NCBI GenBank assembly: GCA_036005065.1
Contig: DASYQW010000371.1
Coordinates: 13-64,012 of the forward strand
Direction of reading: 5' to 3'
Origin: Candidatus Methylomirabilota bacterium
Lineage (GTDB): Bacteria > Methylomirabilota > Methylomirabilia > Rokubacteriales > DASRDR01
Length of the DNA: 64,000 nt
Positions within the stretch are counted from its first letter, which is position 1. Each line of letters starts with the position of its first letter. The notes under the pieces are model-generated. The model was not told the origin of the DNA. It made no database searches and worked only from the letters and a program-made list of their open reading frames with translations. Positions 57,523 to 64,000 of this stretch are shown here, in pieces. The position numbers and the translations under genes were made by a program.

Positions 57523-58839
57523 GTGGCGATGGTGACCCACCGTGCTGCCGATCGGGCCATCCTGGTCGGCCTCCGACTCCCGAGACAGAAGCGTTGGGAG
57601 GTAGAGGAGTCCATGGAGGAGCTGGCCCGGCTCGCCGAGTCGGCGGGCGCCCAGGTGCTGGCGACGATCCTCCAGGAGCGGGAAGCACCGACGCCGCCTT
57701 TCCATTTCGGGCGCGGGAAGGTCGAGGAGGTGCGGGACCTCGCCGCCGCCTCCGGTGCGACCCTGCTGATCTCGGACGATCCCCTGACGCCGGTCCAGGA
57801 GCGCAACCTCCAGCGCGCCGTGGGAATCCGGGTCATCGACCGTACCGCGCTGATCCTCGACATCTTCGCCCAGCGCGCGCGGACGAGCGAGGGAAAGCTC
57901 CAGGTGGAGCTGGCCCAGCTCACCTACTTGCTGCCGCGGCTGGTCGGCCAGTGGGCCCATCTCGAGCGGCTCGGCGGCGGCATCGGCACCCGAGGTCCCG
58001 GCGAGACCCAGCTCGAGTCGGACCGCCGCGTCATCCGTCGGCGCATCGGCCAGATCCACCAGGCTCTCCGGGACGTGCAGCGGCACCGCCGCCTGCTCCG
58101 CCAGCATCGGCGGGACGTCGGCTTGCCGGTGGTGGCCCTGGTCGGGTACACCAACGCCGGGAAGACGACACTCCTCAACCGGCTGGCGGGAGCGACCGCG
58201 CGGACCGCGGACCAGCTCTTCGTCACGCTGGACCCGGCCGCGCGTCTGGTGACGGCCCCGGGGCGACCGCCGTTCATCCTGACCGACACGGTGGGTTTCA
58301 TCCGCAAGCTCCCGACGCAGCTCGTGGCGGCCTTCAAGGCGACCCTGGAGGAGCTCGGCGAGGCCGACCTCCTGCTCCACGTCGTGGACGTGAGCCACCC
58401 GCGGGCGCCCGAGCAGATGACCGCCGTCCACCAGACCCTGGTGGACCTCGGCCTGGAGACGCGGTCCTGCTTGACCGCGCTCAACAAGATCGATCGGCTG
58501 ACGGAGCCGGACGGCTTTCTCCGGCAGCTCGTGAGCGACGGCGGCACGCCGATCTCGGCCGCCACCGGCGAGGGAATCGGTGCGCTGTTTGGGCGGATCG
58601 ATGGTATGCTGCGCTCGACCCGGTTTACCTGCCAGATCCGCGTGCCCTACGACCGGGCCGGCATCCTGCCGACGCTCTACGCACGGGGGCGCGTGCTCGC
58701 GCGGGAGGATCGCCCGGACGCCATCTGGCTGGACGTCGACGTGCCACGGTCCCTGACGGGACTGGTGTCGCCGTATCGCGTGGAATCGGTCGGGGTGGCC
58801 CAAGTGCCGGCGGAGCCGCGGGCTGCTGCCGGACGCTGA
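57523..58839 (+). CDS. hflX: GTPase HflX
   Basis: HflX N-terminal domain plus G-domain motifs (GYTNAGKTT, DTVGF, NKID). Confidence 0.85.
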   Translation: MAMVTHRAADRAILVGLRLPRQKRWEVEESMEELARLAESAGAQVLATILQEREAPTPPFHFGRGKVEEVRDLAAASGATLLISDDPLTPVQERNLQRAVGIRVIDRTALILDIFAQRARTSEGKLQVELAQLTYLLPRLVGQWAHLERLGGGIGTRGPGETQLESDRRVIRRRIGQIHQALRDVQRHRRLLRQHRRDVGLPVVALVGYTNAGKTTLLNRLAGATARTADQLFVTLDPAARLVTAPGRPPFILTDTVGFIRKLPTQLVAAFKATLEELGEADLLLHVVDVSHPRAPEQMTAVHQTLVDLGLETRSCLTALNKIDRLTEPDGFLRQLVSDGGTPISAATGEGIGALFGRIDGMLRSTRFTCQIRVPYDRAGILPTLYARGRVLAREDRPDAIWLDVDVPRSLTGLVSPYRVESVGVAQVPAEPRAAAGR

Positions 58840-58866
58840 TTCGAAATCGTTAGAAGGAGGAAGTCC

Positions 58867-60138
58867 ATGGGAGGGTGGCAGGCAGTCGTCACGATGATCG
58901 TCGCGGGAGCGGTGGCCTTGGTGCCGCTCGGGAGCGCGCAGGCTCAGCTCTTCGGGCCCAAGGCGACGGTCACGAACCCCGAGGGCAAGTCCATCGAGGA
59001 GGCGCAGCAGGAGGCTTACGACGGGCCCAAGGCGCGGATCGCGGTCGCGCGCTTCGAGAACAAGGCGCGCGGGAACTGGTGGAACCACGAGATCGGCGAC
59101 GGGATGGCCGACATGCTGGCGACCGCGCTCTTCCACAGTAACCGGTACATCGTCCTCGAGCGGCAATCGTTGGGAGAGGTGCTCAAGGAGCAGGATCTCG
59201 CCACGGGCGGGCGCATCAAGAAAGGGACGGAAGCACCGACCGGCGAGATCGAGGGCGCCGAGTTGCTGGTATCCGCCGCCGTCACCGAGTTCGAAGGGGC
59301 CGAATCGGGCGTGGGCGGCGGGCTGGGGGGCTTCGGCGCCGTGGGCCGGGTCATCGGCGGGATCGCCGGGGGCCTCAAGAACGCGCACATGGCCATCGAC
59401 CTGCGCCTGATTGACACCAAGACATCGCGGATCGTCGCGGCCACCAGCGTGGAAGGAAAGGCGACGGACTTCAGTCTGGGCGGAGCCCTCGGCGGGGCCA
59501 CCGGCGGCGGGGCGCTCGGCGGGGCCCTGGGCGGGTGGTCGAAGACGCCCAAGGAGAAGGCCCTCCGCCTCTGCATCCAGGAGGCCGTGAAGTTCGTCGT
59601 GTCGAAGACGCCGGCGACGTATTACCGCCACAAGCCGGCCGGGGCCGGGGTGACGACGGCTTCGGCGCCGCCGGGCACCGCGAGCCTGACGCCGGCGGGC
59701 GGCAGCGGCGCGGTGACCCTCGCGCCGGTCGCGGGCAAGGCCGTGGCCGCGGTCCCGGCGCCAGACGCCCAGGGAAGCCCCCAGGCGCTCGGCGTCCTGA
59801 AGAGCATCCGGGCCGATCTCGACAAGCAGGTGATCGCGGACCTCAACGAGATCAAGGTCCGAGGAGCGGTCGTCTCGGTGGTCCTCTCGCTCCGCTTCGT
59901 CGGAAAGACCAAGGAGTCGGAATTCCTCACCTTCAAGCCCGACAAGAGCAACATCCTGAACTACGACACGGGGGAGACGGCCACGCTGATCAACGCCGAC
60001 GGGTTCACCCAGGGCCGCCTCCAGCCGGGCGACGTCAAGACCCTGCGCGCCACCTTCCGGGTGCCGAAGGGCGCCAAGAAGGTGGGCATCACGGTGTCGG
60101 GAATCGGGACCTTTGACGACGTGGAGGTCGCCCAATAG
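58867..60138 (+). CDS. CsgG-family (curli-type secretion pore family) protein with a Gly-rich linker and an uncharacterised ~130-aa C-terminal beta-rich domain
   Basis: RIAVARFENKARG...GMADMLATALFHSNRYIVLERQSLGEVLKEQDL...ELLVSAAVTEFEG...IDLRLIDTKTSRIVAATSVEG aligns block-for-block with E. coli CsgG. It has a type I signal peptide but no lipobox Cys. The 255-423 region has no curli-related equivalent. Confidence 0.7.
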   Translation: MGGWQAVVTMIVAGAVALVPLGSAQAQLFGPKATVTNPEGKSIEEAQQEAYDGPKARIAVARFENKARGNWWNHEIGDGMADMLATALFHSNRYIVLERQSLGEVLKEQDLATGGRIKKGTEAPTGEIEGAELLVSAAVTEFEGAESGVGGGLGGFGAVGRVIGGIAGGLKNAHMAIDLRLIDTKTSRIVAATSVEGKATDFSLGGALGGATGGGALGGALGGWSKTPKEKALRLCIQEAVKFVVSKTPATYYRHKPAGAGVTTASAPPGTASLTPAGGSGAVTLAPVAGKAVAAVPAPDAQGSPQALGVLKSIRADLDKQVIADLNEIKVRGAVVSVVLSLRFVGKTKESEFLTFKPDKSNILNYDTGETATLINADGFTQGRLQPGDVKTLRATFRVPKGAKKVGITVSGIGTFDDVEVAQ

Positions 60139-60229
60139 AGCCCGGATCGCTCCGCGAGGAGTCGGAGACGATCAGGGAGGCGTGTACCTCGCCGTAGCCG
60201 TTTCCCGCGTCAGTCCGGCGCCTCCGAGA

Positions 60230-60270
60230 CCGAAGGCTCTGGGAAACCCCCAGGGCCTTCGGCAGTTTCT
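60230..60270 (+). terminator. Strong hairpin (14-bp stem, one G-U pair) followed by a GTTTCTC tail; terminator-like
   Basis: CCGAAGGCTCTGGG-aaacc-CCCAGGGCCTTCGG, then CAGTTTCTC. Lies between the CsgG-like gene and pgsA. Confidence 0.4.
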
Positions 60271-60277
60271 CGGGGAC

Positions 60278-60841
60278 ATGCTCGATCGCGCGCCCATGGG
60301 CCTGGCCAACTGGCTGACGATCGTCCGCATCCTGCTGATCCCGGTCTTCGTGACCCTCCTGGTCTACAACCGGGTCATCCTGGCTTTGTGCGCTTTCGTC
60401 CTGGCCGGCGTGACGGACATGCTGGATGGATACATCGCGCGGACCCGCGACAGCCAGACCCGCCTGGGTGCATTCCTCGATCCGCTGGCGGACAAGCTCC
60501 TCCTCACGGCGGCGTTCGTCACGCTGACTTACAAGTTTCCGCGGCTCCTGCCCTTCTGGGTGACGGCGGTGGTCCTCAGTCGCGACCTCGTCCTCATTCT
60601 GGTGGCCGCGCTCATCATGCTGACGCGCGGCCAGGTCAACCCGGCGCCGACGCTTCTCGGGAAGACGAGCACCGTGTTCCAGATGATCACCGTGGGCGTC
60701 GCCCTGCTGGCGGTCACCGTGGCGGACGCCGGGTGGCTCCTGCGCCACCTCCTCATTCCCATCACGGTGGCGCTGACGCTCGCGTCCGGGGTTCAGTACC
60801 TCGTCCTCGCCCCCCGGTATGTCGAGTGGGAGCCGCGCTGA
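60278..60841 (+). CDS. pgsA: CDP-diacylglycerol--glycerol-3-phosphate 3-phosphatidyltransferase
   Basis: The CDP-alcohol phosphatidyltransferase motif DxxDGxxAR...GxxxDxxxD (DMLDGYIARTRDSQTRLGAFLDPLADK). The likely start is ATG 60278 (or 60299). Confidence 0.75.
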   Translation: MLDRAPMGLANWLTIVRILLIPVFVTLLVYNRVILALCAFVLAGVTDMLDGYIARTRDSQTRLGAFLDPLADKLLLTAAFVTLTYKFPRLLPFWVTAVVLSRDLVLILVAALIMLTRGQVNPAPTLLGKTSTVFQMITVGVALLAVTVADAGWLLRHLLIPITVALTLASGVQYLVLAPRYVEWEPR

Positions 60842-62172
60842 TGCCGAAGTGCATTCCCGAGATCGGTGTGCGGGTCCTGAGCGTGAAACCCGGCGGCCTG
60901 GCGGCCGAAGCCGGGCTCCGTCCCGGCGACCGTCTCGTCCGCGTCAACGGCCATGCCCTTCGGGACCTGATCGACTTCCACGCCTACGCCGGCGAGGCCG
61001 AGCTCCGGATCGAGCTCGCGCGCGGTGCGGAGGGTGGCGTCGCCACGCTGACCCGGGCCTGGGGACGCGACCTGGGGCTCGTCTGCGAGCCGCCGACACC
61101 GTCCGAGATCGCGACCTGCGCGAACAAGTGCGTGTTCTGCTTCATCCATCAGCTCCCGAAGGGGCTCCGGAAGAGCCTCTACGTCAAGGACGACGACTAC
61201 CGGCTCTCATTCCTGCACGGCAACTACATCACCCTGACGGACCTGCCGGAGACCGAGATCCAGCGGATCATCGACCAGCATCTCTCGCCCCTCTACATCT
61301 CGGTGCACGCCACCGATCCTGCCGTGCGACACTTCCTGCTCGGCTCGCCCAAGACCATGCGCGGCGATCTCATGGAGCGCATGGGCCGCCTGGCCGACGC
61401 CGGGATCCGCCTGCACACCCAGATCGTCCTCTGCCCCGGGCTCAACGACGGGCCGCATCTCGAGCGCAGCGTGCGCGAGCTGGCCGCCCTGCACCCGGGG
61501 GTGACCACGATCGCGGTGGTGCCTGTCGGCCTGACGCGCCATCGCGAGGGGCTGTACCCCCTCCGTCCGGTGACCGCCGAGGAGGCCGGCCGACTCCTCC
61601 AGGCCATCCACGGCTGGCAGGCCGACCACCTCCGTGGCCGCGGGTCGCGTCTGGTGTTCGCGGCCGATGAGCTCTACCTCCTGGCCGGCGAACCCATCCC
61701 GCCGGCGGCCGCCTATGAAGGGTTTCCAGTGGCCGAGGATGGTATCGGCCTGCTGCGACGCTTCGAGGACGGCTTCCGGCGGGGCCTCCGGCGGCGGCCA
61801 GGGCGCAGACCGAGCCGCCGGGCGATCACCGTCGCCACCGGCGAGCTGTTCGCCCCCGAGCTGCGCCGGCTGCTGGCGGCCCTGGACCCGCCCGGGCGAG
61901 GATTCACCCGTGTGGAGGTCGTGGCGGTCCGGAACGACTTCTTCGGGCCGGCCATCTCGGTGGCGGGACTCCTCGCCGGCGAAGACATCGCGCGAGCGCT
62001 GGCCGGGCGCGACCTCGGGGACGTCGTCCTGGTGCCCGGCGTGGCCCTCCAGGAAACGCGCGGAGTCTTCCTCGACGACGTCTCGCCGGGCGACCTGGCC
62101 GGACACCTCGGCGTCCCGGTGGAAGCGCCGGACGCCAGCGCGGGCGGCCTCCTCGGGGCCCTCCTGGGCTGA
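60841..62172 (+). CDS. DUF512-domain protein (PDZ domain plus a radical-SAM-like TIM barrel), a conserved neighbour of der
   Basis: An N-terminal PDZ-like segment (VLSVKPGGLAAEAGLRPGDRLVRVNG) and a CxxxCxFC cluster (CANKCVFCF). ATG overlaps the pgsA stop. Confidence 0.7.
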   Translation: MPKCIPEIGVRVLSVKPGGLAAEAGLRPGDRLVRVNGHALRDLIDFHAYAGEAELRIELARGAEGGVATLTRAWGRDLGLVCEPPTPSEIATCANKCVFCFIHQLPKGLRKSLYVKDDDYRLSFLHGNYITLTDLPETEIQRIIDQHLSPLYISVHATDPAVRHFLLGSPKTMRGDLMERMGRLADAGIRLHTQIVLCPGLNDGPHLERSVRELAALHPGVTTIAVVPVGLTRHREGLYPLRPVTAEEAGRLLQAIHGWQADHLRGRGSRLVFAADELYLLAGEPIPPAAAYEGFPVAEDGIGLLRRFEDGFRRGLRRRPGRRPSRRAITVATGELFAPELRRLLAALDPPGRGFTRVEVVAVRNDFFGPAISVAGLLAGEDIARALAGRDLGDVVLVPGVALQETRGVFLDDVSPGDLAGHLGVPVEAPDASAGGLLGALLG

Positions 62173-62230
62173 GAGGTCAGGACCGATGGCCTTCCCGCAC
62201 CGGTGCCCGATGAATGTGGTGGGGAGGTCT

Positions 62231-62270
62231 GGGGGCGGAGCGCCGCCGCTCCCCCCCGGGCTCAACTGAC
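62231..62270 (+). repeat. Hairpin repeat, family B copy 2 (DUF512-der spacer)
   Basis: GGGGGCGGAGCGCCGCCGCTCCCC is identical to the 24-mer at 30387. The upstream GGGGAGGTCTGGGGG resembles the middle segment of family A, so A and B share modules. Confidence 0.65.
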
Positions 62271-62273
62271 GCC

Positions 62274-63614
62274 GTGCGGCTGCCCACCATCGCCGTCGTC
62301 GGCCGCCCCAACGTGGGCAAGTCGACCCTGTTCAACCGCCTGGTCGGCAACCGCAAGGCGATCGTCCGGGATACTCCCGGCGTCACGCGCGACCGCATTC
62401 GCGGAACGTGCCGGTTCGGCGCCTGGCGAGCGGCGGTCATCGACACCGGCGGGCTCGACCCGACGGCCGGCGAGAGCCTCACCGCTCAGGTCCGCCAGCA
62501 GGTCCTGGCCGCCATCGCCGAGGCGGACCTGCTCCTCTTCGTCGTCGATGCCCGCGAGGGCATCACCGCGCTCGACGACGAGGTGGCGCGCCTGCTGCGC
62601 CGGGTGCCCAAGCCGGTCCTCCTCGTCGCCAACAAGGTGGACACGGCGGCGCGGGAGCAGGAGCTGGCCGACGTCCATCGGCTCGGCATGGGCTCGGTCT
62701 TCGCCGTGTCGGCCGAGCATGGCCGGGGCGTCTCGGAGCTGCTGGAGGCCATCAGCGCCCTGCTCCCCGGTCCCCGCGAGACCGCAGAGGAGGATGAGAC
62801 GCCGGCCGTCCGGGTCGCGGTCGTCGGCCGCCCCAACGTCGGAAAATCCTCTCTCGTCAACGCCATCGCGGGCGAGGAGCGCGTCGTCGTGCACGCGCAG
62901 CCGGGGACCACCCGGGACGCGGTGGATACCCAGGTCACGGTGAACGGGCGCTCGTACGTGCTCGTCGACACGGCGGGACTCCGCCGCAAGGGGCGCACCG
63001 TCGAGGCGCTCGACAAGCTCGCCGCGGTCATGGCGCGCCGCAGCCTCGAGCGATCGGACCTGGCCCTGGTGACGCTCGACGCCGGCGAGGGCGTGACCAC
63101 CCAGGACGCCCGGATCGCGGGCTACGCCGAGACGGCCGGACGGGCCGTGGTCCTGGTCGTCAACAAGTGGGACCTGGTGGAGAGTGCCGATCGGGCGCCC
63201 GATCTCGTGCGCGCCCTCCGCGAGCGCCTGCCGTTCCTCAGCCACGCGCCGGTCGTCTTCACTTCGGCCCAGCTCGGCACGGGCCTCGATCAGCTCTTCC
63301 AGACGATCGACCACGTCGCCGCCGAGTACGCCAAAGAGATCCCGACGGCCGAGCTCAATCGCGTCCTTACCGCGGCCTTCGCCCGGCGGCCTCCGGGCGG
63401 CGTCCGCGGCAAGACGTTGCGACTCTTCTACGCCACCCAGATCGGGACGCGCCCGCCGACCTTCCTCCTCTTCGTGAACGATCCCGGCGCGCTCCACTTC
63501 TCGTACGAGCGCTACCTCGTGAACGCGCTCCGCGACGCGTTCGGCTTCGCCGGCTGCGCGCTCCGGCTCCGCTTGCGGCGCCGTCGTCCCAGCCGTGCGC
63601 GTGTCCTGTCGTGA
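62274..63614 (+). CDS. der: Ribosome-associated GTPase Der (EngA)
   Basis: Tandem G domains (GRPNVGKSTLFN, GRPNVGKSSLVN) and a KH-like C-terminus. GTG start at 62274. Confidence 0.9.
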   Translation: MRLPTIAVVGRPNVGKSTLFNRLVGNRKAIVRDTPGVTRDRIRGTCRFGAWRAAVIDTGGLDPTAGESLTAQVRQQVLAAIAEADLLLFVVDAREGITALDDEVARLLRRVPKPVLLVANKVDTAAREQELADVHRLGMGSVFAVSAEHGRGVSELLEAISALLPGPRETAEEDETPAVRVAVVGRPNVGKSSLVNAIAGEERVVVHAQPGTTRDAVDTQVTVNGRSYVLVDTAGLRRKGRTVEALDKLAAVMARRSLERSDLALVTLDAGEGVTTQDARIAGYAETAGRAVVLVVNKWDLVESADRAPDLVRALRERLPFLSHAPVVFTSAQLGTGLDQLFQTIDHVAAEYAKEIPTAELNRVLTAAFARRPPGGVRGKTLRLFYATQIGTRPPTFLLFVNDPGALHFSYERYLVNALRDAFGFAGCALRLRLRRRRPSRARVLS

Positions 63615-63627
63615 AGGAGGTGGTCGG

Positions 63628-64000
63628 ATGATCGCTCGTCGCAGGCTCTTGCACGCTCCGCTCGTCGGCGCCGTCCTCGTGTGGGCGGTTGCTCTCGGCC
63701 TCTGCCCCCACATCGCGGAGGGGGCCGCCCTCCCACCCCGGCCGGCGGGCTCCCAGGCGGCGGATCCGACCGGGCTCGAGACCCGGCTGGTGACCGCCCG
63801 TCTGGTCGAGCTCGGCCTGAGTCCCGCCGACGCGTCGGCGCACCTGGCCGCCCTCTCCGACGAGGATCGCCGGCTCCTGGCCGAGCGGCTCGACGAGATC
63901 GGGGCGGGCGGCAGCGCCGCCGGCGTCCTGGCGGTGGCCATCATCGTGGGGTTGCTCGTCATCCTCGTCCTGGAGCTGATGGGTCGCCGCGTCATCTCGC
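63628..64000 (+). CDS. Hypothetical exported/membrane protein, 3'-partial (runs off the window)
   Basis: ATG 63628. An N-terminal hydrophobic signal/anchor (LLHAPLVGAVLVWAVALGL), then LSPADASAHLAALSDEDRRLLAERLDEIG and a second TM segment. It is not in the ORF track because no stop falls within the window. Confidence 0.4.
   Translation, partial: MIARRRLLHAPLVGAVLVWAVALGLCPHIAEGAALPPRPAGSQAADPTGLETRLVTARLVELGLSPADASAHLAALSDEDRRLLAERLDEIGAGGSAAGVLAVAIIVGLLVILVLELMGRRVIS

Noticed and set aside
58867-58960. Lipoprotein lipobox in the CsgG-like protein
   Set aside because: The signal peptide ends ...VPLGSAQAQLF with no Cys. It is therefore not a lipoprotein, unlike canonical CsgG. This is noted in the finding rather than called as a feature.
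1-64000. CRISPR arrays, tRNA/rRNA genes, transposases or integrases
   Set aside because: No direct-repeat/spacer periodicity, no cloverleaf-like conserved tRNA blocks in the few spacers longer than 100 bp, and no recombinase-like ORFs were seen. Only the GC-rich hairpin repeat families described above were found.

Overview
High-GC (~70%) bacterial chromosomal segment, almost entirely + strand and densely packed with core genes of a diderm (LPS-containing) bacterium. Phylum cannot be assigned from sequence alone. Many genes are translationally coupled through ATGA/GTGA start-stop overlaps.

Gene order: smc (5' partial) - ftsY - ribD-ribE-ribBA-ribH-nusB - metallophosphoesterase - lnt - prfB (with the classic programmed +1 frameshift) - lysS - lolC/E-lolD - [minus strand: BNR/Asp-box beta-propeller protein + small secreted protein] - clpC - bamA-skp-lpxD-lpxA-(Gfo/Idh/MocA oxidoreductase)-lpxI-lpxB-DUF374-waaA-lpxK-heptosyltransferase(GT9)-GT4-GT76-like membrane GT-orphan response regulator-hldA-hldC-SDR epimerase-kdsB-trpS - scpA-scpB - rluB - pheA-hisC-tyrA-aroA-cmk-plsC-rpsA - sppA - IHF-like - HIT - mutS-mutL-miaA-hflX - CsgG-like pore-family protein - pgsA - DUF512 - der - partial ORF.

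No rRNA, tRNA, CRISPR or transposase was recognised by eye. The many long antisense or overlapping ORFs in the six-frame track are high-GC artefacts.

Features not explained by standard annotation:
- A family of about 77-bp two-hairpin intergenic repeats (4 copies, both orientations, with compensatory base changes), plus a related shorter hairpin repeat (2 copies).
- A 2-kb, slightly lower-GC, minus-strand insertion between lolD and clpC encoding a secreted 7-8-blade BNR propeller and a 170-aa secreted protein.
- A CsgG-family protein with an unusual C-terminal domain, located between hflX and pgsA.
- An unusually complete lipid A/Kdo/heptose supercluster with lpxI, a GnnA-like oxidoreductase and an embedded orphan receiver protein.
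- Two genes (the metallophosphoesterase and miaA) lack canonical start codons near their conserved N-terminal motifs.
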